Shown here in pieces: positions 22,571 to 35,037 of a DNA stretch of 64,000 nucleotides. The DNA lies in the NCBI RefSeq assembly GCF_009834535.1, contig NC_045697.1:116500001-116564000 (forward strand). Reading direction: 5' to 3'. The notes beneath the pieces are model-generated. The model was given only the letters and a program-made list of their open reading frames with translations, did not search any database and was not told the origin of the DNA. Origin of the DNA: Camelus ferus. Taxonomy: Eukaryota. Positions within the stretch are counted from its first letter, which is position 1. Each line of letters opens with the position of its first letter. The position numbers and the translations under genes are program-made.

Positions 22571-25044
22571 TCAATTTTTAAAAGTATGTAAAGCCCTTTG
22601 CACAGAGGCTGGCACACAGCAATGGGCAGTAGATGCTCTTTATGATTATTTTTGTTTGCGATAATCAAAAAATCCATTTTGAGGAAGTCTTTTCAGAATA
22701 ATGTGAATTTTTTTCCTTTGGAGAAAAGGAATACTAAGGACTTGAACAGTGGTCTTATTGGTTCAAATCAGTGTATCACTGATTTTGGTTCAGCAGGTAA
22801 ATATAAACTTTGCAACTGAAAACAGTTAATCTTATGGCTCCTCAGAAAAAGAACAGACGCAAACCCTCCTCACTGGGGTTACTGTGAACTGATATCAACA
22901 TCTGTTTTTTTGTCATATCGCGTCCCGCTCCTGGGAGAAGAATCTTGTCCTCCTCGGAGTCCCCAGGGAAAGCCCTCCACACCATTTCTGTCTGTGGGAT
23001 GATTTCTGCTGGTGGCAGAGACTTGGCGGTGCCCTGGTGGCATCTGCTGTCTTCCATTGGCTCAGTGTTCCAGCTCAGAACACCTACAGTCAGCAGCCTT
23101 GGAGAGTCACCCATTTAGCAGCCAGGGCCTGACAGCGCCTCTTCCATTCTGTCTGTGGTCACTGATCTCGTAGTGGAAGCAGCATTTCTCTATATGATTC
23201 AGAGTAGGGGGCCTTAGTTAGGGCTGTCTCCCACTCATTGACACCAAGTGCTCCCTTTGGGAGCAGAATAACGTTGTCTCCTTAAGGACTTCTATGTTGG
23301 CCCCCCTCGGATTTCTAATTTTGCGATCAGAGCCTAACTGTGTTACATATAGGATCCTGAATCTTTCTCCCCAAATTCTGGTGTCCTTCCTGATTTCTTA
23401 CCTTTGACAAGGCGCTTGGGTTTTCCTTCAAACTTGTCTGGGTCCTAGTGAGGATCTCAGTCATCCATGGCCTGTGCCCATGTGAGGGTGTCAGCTCAGG
23501 TGTGGATGAAACGCAAGTTTATTTTTCTGTAACTCATCTTCAGTTCGATTTTGAATGGCCTATTCCAAAGGATCGGTAATACCATATTCTTTGCCAGTTT
23601 CTGGTATCCCACCTTTTCCCAGCTGGGTTGGACCTAAATCTGAGAACATCTACTTTTTGGTGGCAAGTTGGGAGCCTCTGGTTCCTAATGTCATCTCTGT
23701 ATGTAGGCATCCAGGGAGGAACCTGACTAACTCAGTCATCAAGCCTCCACTGAGTTCAGAGACCCCTTCTGCAAGCTCCCGTTTAGGTGTGGAGGCCGCC
23801 TGTCTTTCCTCTTCCACGGCACACTTGGATGTACAGGGATACTGTTTTGCTCTCACTCCAAGTCCGGGCATAGGAAATCTCTGGGAGTCTGTCTCCCCCA
23901 CCCCGGACCTACCTACTCCCACCGCGAATGCACATTCTCTCTCTAGGGCCCGCTGCCCGCCTGGGCTGTACTCAGGAGTCTGGGCGCTTTCCTTCTGCTC
24001 TCAGAGCTCACCAGCAGCTCCATGGAGGTTTGCTTTTCTGCAGGCATGTGACCGGGGAACATGGTTCAGACTCCCCTTTTCTGCGACAGTGGAAGCCGAC
24101 CCACCTGCTTCTCCTCCTCTCCTATCTCCACCACTCACAACCTCTTCACTCCCAACACAGCACATGGGTTTCTTTGCTTGAGTTCTAATGTTTCCTGCAA
24201 GTAGAAAGCTGTCCTCTTACAAAAGATGTTTTATTCAAATCTCTTGCTATTATATGCCAGGCGTCTTTTTGGTTCCTGCAGAGCCAACCCTTTGGCAACC
24301 GCAAAGCCAGGCAGGAAGGACTTTTTCTTTTTACTCTTTCTTTGTTGTCACATTGTTTCCTTAAAGCAACTAGCACCGAATCCCTAGCTGCTTGTTTGGG
24401 GTCCAGCAAAGCACAGAAACACTGAGAGGAGAATGCTGGTTGGCAGACGTATCTGTTAATATTATCCTGCCACATTTAGTAGGAAGAGATGGAAACAATA
24501 ATCATAGGGCTCTTAGAGCAAATTCTCCTCCCTCCATCCAGATTAAATTGTGTCCTTAGCCTTAAGAAATAGTGCATAGTTCTGGCTCTGTTCCTGGCTA
24601 CACAGAGGCTTCAGAACTCAGAACTTCAGAACTCAGAAACCCTGTCTTAAGTAATCAGAGTGACAATGAGACAGTTTGTCATCTATGAGAAGGATTTATC
24701 TTACTAGTTTGGTTCTGGAGAGGTTTCCAAAGGTATGATTCTGTTATATGGTTGGTTCTAGGAATATGACAGTTTATATAAAGCTGTGACTTTCCTGTGA
24801 AAAGTCTAGATAAGTGAGAGTAACATGTGGATTAGTCTTTTACACCCAGGAAACTGTGTAACAGAGAGAATCATGTTATACTTTCTGAGAATTCAGAGGC
24901 GTCCTCCAAGTACCTCTGCAGTCTTAACTTTCATTTTGAAATATGTTGGTATTAGTACATATTATAATAAACTATTACTATTTATGGTTAATTATAATTT
25001 CTTGCAGTTTGAGAACTGTGTGTCAGATACTAAAAACACCTAAA

Positions 25045-25215
25045 TAATCATGTAGTCCCCATAAAAACCTTCAAAGATACATATTATTATCTTAACTTAT
25101 AGATGAGGGAACTGAGGACAGAGAGACAAAGTAACTTGCCCAAAGTCCCAAGTACCTATTAGACCGAATTTGAACCCCAAAAGTCTGATGGCCAAGAAAT
25201 GTGTAGCTACACTGC
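25045..25215 (-). mobile_element. MIR SINE
   Basis: TTATAGATGAGGGAACTGAGGACAGAGAG..AAGTAACTTGCCCAAAGTC. Confidence 0.75.
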
Positions 25216-26436
25216 CTAGTTAACCATGCTATTCATCATGGTAAGAACAGTTAAGAAGTTACAGTGTATAAGTGACCATTCTTGGAATAAGCTAAAATGT
25301 GAGTTTAAGCTAGAAGATCAGAATAAAAATTTTAATTTTTACTTATCACTAAATAAGAGACAAAGTCTAAGTGACCAGTTTGCAGCCTGGAAATGAGACT
25401 GGAGTAAGAAAGAGAACAATTTTCTTCTTTTTACTAAAGTATAGTTGGTTTACAAGGTAGTGTTAATTTCCGACTTACAGCATAGTGATTCAATTACGCA
25501 TGAGAACAACTTATTTTGACTCTGTTACTTATCAAGGGACCCAAAGGTTCTGTGCTGAGCTGTTCTGGACCTTCAGGGAACCACAGCGGATAAACACCAT
25601 GGAACTGAAGGTCATCAACTCACAAAAAATTAACATTTTACATGAATTTCAATGTGCTGGGATTTGAAAAGATCAGCCTGTCGGGAGCTGATACAGAGAA
25701 CCTTCCGATATTGTACGTAAAGGCACATGGAAGTGAAACCTGTGGTTAAGAGTTTCTCTAAACATTCTCCTGACACTGCCAGAAGTGCTGGGCACAGAGA
25801 AATGAAAACACAAAAGAAACTCCTGTCCTCGTGGAGTTTAACGCTAATGGGAGGAGACTGATCAAATCACTAAGTTAATTACAATACTGCAAAACGCTAA
25901 AGAACAAACCACTCTTGTCCAGAATGAGGCTTTATCAACGGTGCGACTGCGTCCTCGCACAGAAGGGGAAGCGTGTGCACAAGCCCCCGAAGTAAAGTGC
26001 GCGGAGGGGACGCAGGCTCCCGGGGAACGAGCTGCCCTCGTCTGGAGCCTCCGCACTCACTCCCGCTGTCGGCGGAGAATCAAACTACAACTGCACGACC
26101 GCGGGCGAGCCGCCACCGGGCTGTGCCGGCACCTGCTAGCCGACTGGCGCCTTTACCGTCACGACGACCCTCCCAGGTGGGCACTTTTATTCCTATTTTC
26201 CAGAAGAACGGGGTTTCGGAGACGCAGCCCCAGGCGCGAGCGGCGCTGAGGCCGGAACGGGGATGGCGCCTGGCAAGCTCTCTCACACCACGACGGCAGG
26301 AAGAACGACGGGACGCGAGCGAAAAGAATAAAAGGGACCGGGGCTGCAACGTGAAGGGGTGAGAAAAGCGGGAAACCCAGGGACAGAGAAGGTGCCGCCA
26401 AGCCGTGCGCCAGCTGCTCGAGGGCTGTGGACGCAA

Positions 26437-26540
26437 CGGGCAGCGGCACCGGAAGTCGGGCAGCGGCGCCGGAAGTCGGGCAGCGGCACCGGAAGTCGGG
26501 CAGCGGCGCCGGAAGTCGGGCAGCGGCGCCGGAAGTCGAG
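26437..26540 (+). repeat. 5 x 20-bp tandem repeat CAGCGGC(A/G)CCGGAAGTCGGG, each unit carrying an ETS/GABPA site
   Basis: Units start at 26441, 26461, 26481, 26501 and 26521. Confidence 0.95.
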
Positions 26541-26676
26541 CCGCGGTTCCAGGACCCCGCGCCGGAAGCGGCTCGTCAGCGCCGCCTTTCTCTGCGGAGC
26601 GGGCTTTCCTGGGGTTCAAGCTGCCCGGTGGCCACGCGGTGGTGCGAGCCGCTCTCAAGCGCATTTGCAGGTCACA

Positions 26677-26761
26677 ATGTCGCACCCTTCCCCCCAGGCC
26701 AAGCCCTCCAACCCCAGTAACCCCCGCGTTTTCTTGGACGTGGACGTTGGAGGGGAGCGAG
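26677..26761 (+). CDS. PPID: Cyclophilin 40 (peptidyl-prolyl isomerase D), exon 1
   Basis: MSHPSPQAKPSNPSNPRVFLDVDVGGER; donor G|GTGAGG; 85 nt. Confidence 0.97.
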
Positions 26762-27987
26762 GTGAGGAGGCGGGACGCCCCGGGAGGGGTCGGGGCCCCC
26801 GAGGTCGGGGTGCGGCTCGGGCCGGGGTCAGGCCTGAGGCGCGGGGACGGCTACCCACGCCGGATTCTGGAACACTCCGGGCGTCCGTGGCAGGCTCGAG
26901 CCTGCGCTCTTGAACCAGTGCCGCCGGGTGCGCGCCAGTTTCTGGAAATTTCTGTCCGGAGATGGTGGCGGCCTTTGGGTTTGTCTCCTTATTTGCTCGC
27001 ATCTCCCCGCCGCCCAGCACCGTCACGTGGGCATAAAATCAGAGGACTTTGTGTTCAGGGGATGTTCGGAAAAACCCCGGGTTATGCGTCTGGTGGGCTC
27101 CCTTCACGCGCTGATTTGCCACGCGCCGTATATCTGCATTTGCCATGTTACTTATAAACTAAAGCAACCTTTGCTTATTATTATTTTTTCTTATTAGTAA
27201 TTCTTAACTGAGAGGCGCAGTCATACTGGGAGCGTTCTCTCAAGTTTTCGCGTTGGGGAGAGTGAGAGCAGTGTGGCAGACTGGTTGCCTAGGATACCGC
27301 AGCGGCCCCGAAGCTCCCGAGGTCTCGTGAATCAGCGCATTGCTTTGCCGCCGAGTGCCCCGGTTCTGCAACACGTTGTAATTGCCGGCCAGGCAGGGTG
27401 TCTGAGTGCGTGTGCATACGGACACACCCGGATTCAGAGACCCGGGGGTGGTTATGGACACACACACGCACACAGACTTATGTGTACATTTAGTTCGTTT
27501 TGAAATTTAATGCTGAGTTTATTTCTAGCTGCTTTAGGAGTTAGTCTAGCTAGAAGGGAAACTTTTTCAGCTTTTGCTTCAGGGACAGCACTACGCAGAT
27601 TCCACAGAGCACAGAGGCTATAGCTGTACCTGAAACTTGGCCAGCCTCACCACCCAAAGGATATTCATTTTCTCCTGTTGGTTACTTGGTGATTGTAAGT
27701 TGTGAGCACATGTCGGAGAAATTACTCAAAGCCATTTGTAGTTAAGCGGTGTCATTATATGGGGTTAATCTTCTGGGTACTGTACTTACGATCCTTTATA
27801 GTAAGATAGTTGCTTCAAATTCATCTAGATAGGTGGTACTTAATGTGAGGCAAACCAAATTTGAATACTAGAAAAATGACCAAAAAAGAGAACTTGGTAT
27901 TTCTGTCACCATAATTTTACCAGCTCTCCTTTTCTCATTTGCCTGTTTGGTTGTTTTGTATACTAATGCAATTTCATTTTTTTTCAG

Positions 27988-28128
27988 TTGGTCGAATTGT
28001 CTTAGAATTGTTTGCAGATATTGTACCCAAAACTGCAGAAAATTTTCGTGCGTTGTGTACAGGAGAAAAAGGCATTGGCCCCACCACTGGGAAACCTCTG
28101 CATTTCAAAGGATGCCCTTTCCATCGAA
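27988..28128 (+). CDS. PPID: PPID exon 2
   Basis: (V)[52 protein letters not shown]| and |GTATGT; 141 nt. Confidence 0.97.
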
Positions 28129-28817
28129 GTATGTGTACATTTTCTGAATCTGATTCTTCCAGCGATAAATGAATCCTGTTTTGTAGGAGTTACAGAAGAA
28201 AACACTGAGTAGGGGGTGAGAGTTAAAAATGACTGTTAGTTTCCAAGAGGATGCTCTGACATCTGAGACCGTAGCTCAGTTTCATAAAGGCTGGGCTGTG
28301 AGAGGCGGAATTACCGAGGGGAGGGTGCTTAGGTGTATTTATAGAGAGATGGACTGCCCTGGCTTCACCAGGGTGTGGCTGTGATAAACAGAGCTTGGAT
28401 AGCTTGACTGCCTGGGGTCAAAAGGTTATGGCTACTTCTTGGGCAGGATCGCTTGGGAAGATGGCAGCTGATTTAAGATTGGACACCTGGTGTGATGTGT
28501 CATTAAAAGGTGATCTTTCACACTGCTCTTCACACTGTGCGTCCTGCCTTTGGTGATAATTTGATGGCTCCCGCAACAGGCTGTAGGCTCCATGCGTTCA
28601 GGAACTGTATCTTCTCACAGTTTTGTCCTGAGCATGGAGTATAGTTGCTGAGTAGGTGCTCAATGAGTATTTAGTGAGTAAACAAATAAGTTAAAGTACA
28701 TGTTTATATATATATGAGTAGTTAATTTAAAAAAACTTGATTAAGAAAAAAATAACATTGATTTTAAAATATTTAAACTGTTGATTTACTTTAGTGTTTA
28801 ATAAAATATCAAAATAT

Positions 28818-29030
28818 AGGCATACCACAGAAATCCTGCAGGTTTGGTTCCAGACCACCGCAGTAAAGTGAATATTGCCATAAAGCGAGTCACACAAATT
28901 TTTAGTTTCCCAGTGTGTACAAAAAATTATGTTTACACTGTCCTTTAGTCAGTTGTGTGCAACAGCATTATGTCTTAAAAAATGTATGTACCTTAATTTA
29001 AAAATACTTTATTGCTAAAAAATGCTAGGT
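28818..29030 (-). mobile_element. Tigger1-family DNA transposon end
   Basis: AGGCATACC..GCAGGTTTGGTTCCAGACCACCGCAGTAAAG..AAAATACTTTATTGCTAAAAAATGCTA matches the Tigger1 terminus as recalled. Confidence 0.75.
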
Positions 29031-29756
29031 CTCTAAAGGGCTTTCTGGGCAGAAACATTGTACATTGTACGTGGTGCATTTTCTGTGCTGGGGGAAGAAT
29101 GTGCCCTGTGACCTTTTGGGGCCGGGGGAGCATAAGGGAACTCAGGGATTCCTCCAGGCTCTGCCTGTATCTTCCCTTTACCATCCAGCCGTGTCTCCTC
29201 ACTGCCTTGCTAAAGCACTGACAGTTCCTGAGACACGGGAGTCCTAGGCAATCTCTGAACGTGGTGGTGGCAGTGTTCTTGGGAGCCTTTGGTCTAAGCG
29301 CTTCCATCACAGTGTAACATCTCCAGGGGGTGGTGGGCTTGTTCAGGAGGCATCATTGAGTAACCAGCGTGTGCCCAGCCACACATGTGGTTACTTAAGG
29401 AGCTAATCATTTGCTGAAAGAGACAGATCGCTCTGATGCGTATTATGAAATGGAGGTAGAATCAAGATACTGTGGTGGGGGAAATTAGGAGATCCAATTT
29501 TGGGGTCTCTGACAGTTTCATAGGGGAGGTGCTGTATGATCTCACACAGTGAGTGTTAGGGCATCAGACAGTAACTGGTTGGAACTCACTGGGAGAAGCG
29601 TTTTGAGAGTCTGGAGCTGTTGGGATGGGTGGGGAGAGACGGGAGTGACAAGACTAGAGACACGTTTTAGGAAGCCTTCGTCACTGTTAAATACTTGTTA
29701 GTCAACGTTGCTGAGGTTATTTTGTAGTTTCTAATAGCTGTTTTCCTCTTTTGTAG

Positions 29757-29863
29757 TTATTAAGAAATTTATGATTCAGGGTGGCGACTTCTCAAATCAG
29801 AATGGGACAGGTGGAGAAAGTATTTATGGTGAAAAATTTGAAGATGAAAATTTCCATTATAAG
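29757..29863 (+). CDS. PPID: PPID exon 3
   Basis: (I)[40 protein letters not shown]| and |GTAAAG; 107 nt. Confidence 0.97.
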
Positions 29864-31675
29864 GTAAAGTTGACAAAAATGCATGTTTATTGCTGATAAT
29901 AAAGGTTGTGTGTGTGGGAGAGTTGTTGGATTAGGGTAAGTGCCTCAGGTGTGCTTTGATTCTCCTTTTCTTGTGAAAGGTATCGTATTTGTAAATATGC
30001 ATCTTTAATACGAAAAAATTTTATCCAGGAGTGACTTTATTTGGCAAGAACACAGTTATTTCATTGTGATCCAGGTTTATGTACTTCAGTAAGGCCAGTG
30101 AGTTTTTACTGGTGGCCACCACGTGGCAGACTTGTCTCTAGGAGAAGTGTTCTCATCGGAAGGACAGTAACTTGAGCATCTTTGTGGTTAAATTTGAAGA
30201 GCAGCCACACCATCGCTAATGTCCAGGCTGTTGGGCTTGGGAACTGGCACATCTGGTTGGTGTCCAGGCTCCTGAAGGACATTAGTGGTGCCTGTGCCAT
30301 CTCATCGTCATTGTCCCAAGACGTCCCCATCAGGGTACGTGGCGTCAGTCAGGTTGTAAGAATGGACGTGTTAAGTACAGAAAGGGAGATCTTTGGAAGT
30401 GAGCAATGTGAGCAAGGTAGTTGGGTTAATTTGATAAAATGTCATCAGTCTTTTAAAAGTATTTATTGACTGCAGCTGTACGTGCTTAGTGCTGTCATGG
30501 GCGCCAAAGGGTTTATGAGAATGAAAAGTCTTCACGGTAAGGAGCTTAAAATCCTGGCAGAAAGACAAGATTAAAACACATGGACAACTGGGGAATAAGT
30601 GATTGAGACTTTCTGTGTCTGCTCTGGGAGAAAGGTGTCACTGATGAGGCCCAAATGGTGTGAGAAGATGAGGAGGAGGAGGAACGGGTACCTAGGCTGG
30701 CACACCAGGCCCTGCGGGGTGGCTGAGGTTTGGTTGGATGGGAGGTGGAGTGTAGGTGCCAGTGGAGGGAGGGAGGTGACTGAGGGAAGACACAGGCATG
30801 AGGAGGCTGAGGAAATAATAATATTGGGGGGGAAGCACCAGATTTTTGGGAAGGAAAAAGGGAAGCTACCAGAGGGATGAGACTAAGATCAGGTGATGAA
30901 CACACTGATCAAAAGAAAGGGGCCCGGAAGGACAGGCGCTTCTTGCAGACTCGGCCTCGGAAACCGTAGGAGATGCAGGCATGGGTTGCGGGCGTTTCCC
31001 TGGGAGGCTGACATGAGTGGCCACGTGTGGCCCAAAACGGGACACGTTCAGGAAGCCCAAGGGTGAGGTGGGGAGAGGAGGAACGCGGGTCTCACAGAAC
31101 CTGCGGACAGGTAGGTGTGCAGTGGGACCTGCTTCAGGGTGTCTGCAGCAGCTCCTCCAGGGCCGTCTCCTAAGCAGTGCTCCCCTGGGATGCAAGCCGT
31201 AATCCTTGGCTTCCTTGGAGGTTAGGAAGGTCACTGTGAAGGTCCTGTGCATGCCGAGTGTCCTCAGTGTTCCCAGGTTACTGATGTGTAAAGGAAGAGT
31301 CATGATTCATGCAGGCCTTAAAGTAAGAACACTGTCCAGTGCTTTTCCGAAGAAAGAGCACCTGTCATAAAAAAAGCTCTAAATTTCCACAAGGCAGCAC
31401 CTTCATCTTAAAGATGGAGTGCAAGCGTTTTCTCAGTGTGGCCAGTTTACAGGGACCAGGCCTGCCCCCACTGTTGTGTCTCTTGTCTAATTTGATTTCA
31501 TAAGCTTTCCTTAAAGTTGAGAAGCGATGAAGTGCCCTTGTTTTCTGAACTAAAGGTTGCACTTTATGCAAGTCAGATTACACCCGTGGTTTGGTCTCGC
31601 AGTTGGATGTGAGTGGTCAGTAAGGAATGGTTCAGGCTTACCCTGACCAGGCTCTCAATGCTTTTATCTCTGCAG

Positions 31676-31864
31676 CACGATAAGGAGGGCCTGCTGAGCA
31701 TGGCAAACGCCGGCTGCAACACCAATGGGTCCCAGTTCTTCATCACGACCGTCCCAACGCCTCACTTGGATGGGAAACACGTGGTGTTTGGCCAAGTCAT
31801 TAAAGGAATGGGTGTGGCGAGGATTCTGGAAAATGTGGAAGTGAAGGGGGAAAAACCTGCCAAA
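31676..31864 (+). CDS. PPID: PPID exon 4
   Basis: [63 protein letters not shown], including the CyP40-typical His141; 189 nt. Confidence 0.97.
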
Positions 31865-32707
31865 GTGAGTAATGAGTCCCGGGGCGGCCCCTCGTTGTCT
31901 TAGGATGTGTAAGTGAGGGGGTCAGCGATTGTTGACTGAAAACCGTTGGGGTGACTTGTGTGGAAGCCTGGACCCGCCACTTCTTCAAAGCTGTTCTCTG
32001 CAGCGGGAGAGATGAGGGCAGTTCAGAAGGAGATTCGTATTATTTCAGCTTCAGTCTTGGTGATTTTCGGTAGTGAAGTCTCCTGTATCTGCACAGCGTG
32101 GTGTCAGTCTGTGCTGGCACAGAGCGCAGAGCACAGGAAAGCAGGGCTCCTGGTCTCCTCTCTGCTGTTTAACTTGTGGTGTTAGCCTTGATCATGTTAT
32201 GTAACTTCTTGGCCTATTTCCTCGTCCTGTATAAATTTCCTGTGGGTTTAGACCAGACCGTGTAACCCTGGAGGTCCTGGTGTTCTGAATGTCTGGGGGT
32301 CACAACGGCCATCCTTCTCGACCTCACTGGCCGTGAGGGAGGGGAATTGGAGACTCGAATACCTACAGGTGGGAGGCTGCCTTGAGTACGAGGGAAACAG
32401 GAGTCAGCTGAAAGCACGTGCCCCACCGGAAGGAAATTTCACAGAAGATGATAAAATGTCCAGCTCACCCTGCGCTGTCGCGTAGCAGTAGGACACTTTG
32501 TGCCCTCGCACCGTGCTGCTACTTGGAAGGCGTGTAGAGGGCATTATTGCACTTGGAGCAGCTGAGCCTCCTAGGGTCAGCCTGTCACTTCAGGAGCGAC
32601 TCGGATGGTGTTGGTGCCTTGCAGCGGAGAGCTTTTAAACCCAGAGCTTTCTTGTAATCACCGTTAATGTGGTGGTGCACTTCTACAATTGAGGGTTATT
32701 TTTACAG

Positions 32708-32830
32708 TTGTGCGTTATTGCAGAATGCGGGGAGTTGAAGGACGGGGATGACTGGGGAATATTCCCAAAAGACGGTTCTAGTGACAGTCATCCGGATTTC
32801 CCTGAGGATGCGGACATCGATTTAAAAGAC
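32708..32830 (+). CDS. PPID: PPID exon 5
   Basis: LCVIAECGELKDGDDWGIFPKDGSSDSHPDFPEDADIDLKD; TACAG| and |GTGAGT; 123 nt. Confidence 0.97.
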
Positions 32831-32989
32831 GTGAGTACTTTCAGATAAACTTCAGTTACTTAAATTGCTAAAAGTATTTAGTACTAAAATTTTGAATTTT
32901 TTGTATCAATCTGTCTTACTGACAAAACTTAGCATTAAAGCACATTACACATTCAAACCCAGCATATTTGTGTTCTTTGTTTTATACAG

Positions 32990-33096
32990 GTAGATAAAAT
33001 TTTATTGATAACAGAAGACTTAAAGAACATTGGAAATACTTTTTTCAAATCCCAGAACTGGGAGATGGCTATTAAAAAATACACAAAAGTTTTAAG
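32990..33096 (+). CDS. PPID: PPID exon 6 (TPR1)
   Basis: VDKILLITEDLKNIGNTFFKSQNWEMAIKKYTKVL(R); 107 nt. Confidence 0.97.
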
Positions 33097-33311
33097 GTAA
33101 TAAAATATTTTTTACGAATTGCTTTTAAGAACTTGTAAATTGAATTTTAAACTGAAATTCAAGAGTTTTTTTTTGCTTGTTTGTTTTGTATTTTTGGCAT
33201 ATTACTTGCAGAGTAACCCAGTGTATTGAAATAGTTACATTGCTTCGGTTGCCTCCAGATTCTTATATTGAAAAATTTCAAAATACAGAAAAGTTAAGAA
33301 GAGTACATGAG

Positions 33312-33400
33312 TGGGGAAGGTGTAGCTCAGTGGTAGAGCACATGCTTAGCAGGACGAGGTCCTGGGTTCAATCCCCAGTCCCTCCATTAAAAAAAAAAAA
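33312..33400 (+). mobile_element. Vic-1-like SINE in PPID intron 6
   Basis: GGGGAAGGTGTAGCTCAGTGGTAGAGCACATGCTTAGCAGGACGAGGTCCTGGGTTCAATCCCCAG plus poly(A). Confidence 0.88.
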
Positions 33401-34895
33401 GCAGTACACGAACACTCACGTACCTTTACCTGCTTTCACCAATTTTTAACTTGCTCTATTTGTTTTTTCAGAATCATTTGAAAGGAAGTTGCAGATTCTG
33501 TGACAGTTAATTCCCTAATATTTTAGCAAATGTTTCATAAGAAACAAGGACATTCTTCTGCTTAGCCTTAACAGCATTAAAAAATCTTGGAAATATCATT
33601 GATACAATATTATCTAGTACATAATCCGTATGCAGATGTCCCCAGGTGGTGGTGGTGTTTTTAACTCCAGAATCCATTGTAGCAGTTGGTTTTTATGTCT
33701 CTAGCTTTCTAACTTTCTAATGGTCCGCACTCTACATGGTTTTCAGTCATTTGCATTTTGTGGCATCCAAGTCAGTGGCCTTACAGAATTCCGTCTGCGT
33801 TTGTTTATTGCTTCCTCAGGTTCAGTTAGCGGTTGAATATTTCGGCACGAGGACTCAGACGGGATGCACGTTTCCCGTGACGTCACATCCTGAAGCCACA
33901 CGGCAGCCTGGCCTGTTTTGAGGTCTGGCACCTGGCTAAAGTGGCGTTAGCCGGATGTCCTACAAACGCACCTGCCCTTTGTCAACAGTGCCTCCTCTGT
34001 GAGGTGGTCCTGTGCGACTGTGTGAATACCTGGTTCCTGACCTTCCGTCAGGTGGCTTCAGCATCGCTGAAGATCTTTGCTGAATCCGGTGTTACACTGA
34101 AGCTTGGACAACTGTGATTTTCTAGTTTTAGCCTTCAGTTACTAGCTGGCATTCTTCTGTTTGAAAGGACCCCCCCCCCCCCCCTTATGGGGTATCTTTA
34201 TAGACGTGTGGTTTTCTTTAGCTGAACGTATTATACTACTACCGTCATTCTTTCTGATGCTCAGGGTCCCACGTTCATCCAGGGGACGCCCCCTCTCCCG
34301 TATCCTTTTGATGTGTTCCTGTTCGTCTGTGAGCACGCGCTTGCTTTCTGGCACGAGGCCTTCTAGGCTCATCTTACACTTAACCTTGTTTCTAGATCTA
34401 CTTTCTCCAGGGAGCCCTGATTCCTTTCACTGGGGTGTAAACTCTATAGAGAGCAAAGTCTGGGGGCCAGGTGTGCTTACTGGTTCAGGGCCCTTCTCAG
34501 TAAACAGAGTTGGGAACTACATTAAAATACATTCAGGATCAACACGACTTCTCCCGTCCGTTCCCTCCCACAGTGAGCATCTCGGCTCCAGTCCTGATTA
34601 CATTGCAGAGTGGACAGTGGAGACCTGAGTTTTAAAAGACAAAAGTGTTAGCGTATAATCTTTAGGTTTGGGGGTTGGTCTTAAATCAGCCTCTTTGAAC
34701 ACTCTGGGAAAGGAGTTGGAACAAAGAAAACAAATCTTCTAAAGGAAAGTATTTAATAAAAGGATTGTTGGCATGGAGAATGTTAGCGTCTGGTGAGCTT
34801 TTGTGCAGAAGTGAGGCGGCAGCTGTGGTCTCGTGGAAGCAGCAGAGTGAGTCATGGCGGTGGCTTCACGCTGCTTTTGGTCCCGTGTCCTCCAG

Positions 34896-35037
34896 GTACG
34901 TGGAAGCGTACAAGGCTGTCACCCAGGAGGCCGACGCTGCCAGGCTGCAGTCCGTGGCTTTAAGCTGCGTGCTGAACATCGGTGCCTGTAAACTGAAGAT
35001 GTCCGACTGGCAGGGCGCGGTCGACAGTTGTCTGGAG
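34896..35037 (+). CDS. PPID: PPID exon 7 (TPR2)
   Basis: YVEAYKAVTQEADAARLQSVALSCVLNIGACKLKMSDWQGAVDSCLE; TCCAG| and |GTAAGT; 142 nt. Confidence 0.96.

Larger units (their letters stand above)
25930..27470. promoter_or_regulatory. PPID CpG-island promoter
   Basis: CpG-dense region spanning exon 1, with multiple CCGGAAG ETS motifs and no obvious TATA box. Confidence 0.9.

Noticed and set aside
23555..24181. 208-aa ORF
   Set aside because: No recognisable homology; it lies in sequence that looks like an old LTR/ERV relic I cannot classify.
26437..26540. CRISPR-like array
   Set aside because: The repeats are contiguous with no spacers, there are no cas genes, and the context is a mammalian promoter.
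26405..27157. 250-aa ORF and the overlapping 184/201-aa ORFs
   Set aside because: These arise from stop-poor GC-rich island and tandem-repeat DNA; only 26677-26761 is real coding sequence.
33312..33385. tRNA gene (also the similar copies at 4556, 16640 and elsewhere)
   Set aside because: Poly(A) tails, TSDs, dispersion and divergence among copies mark these as tRNA-derived SINEs.
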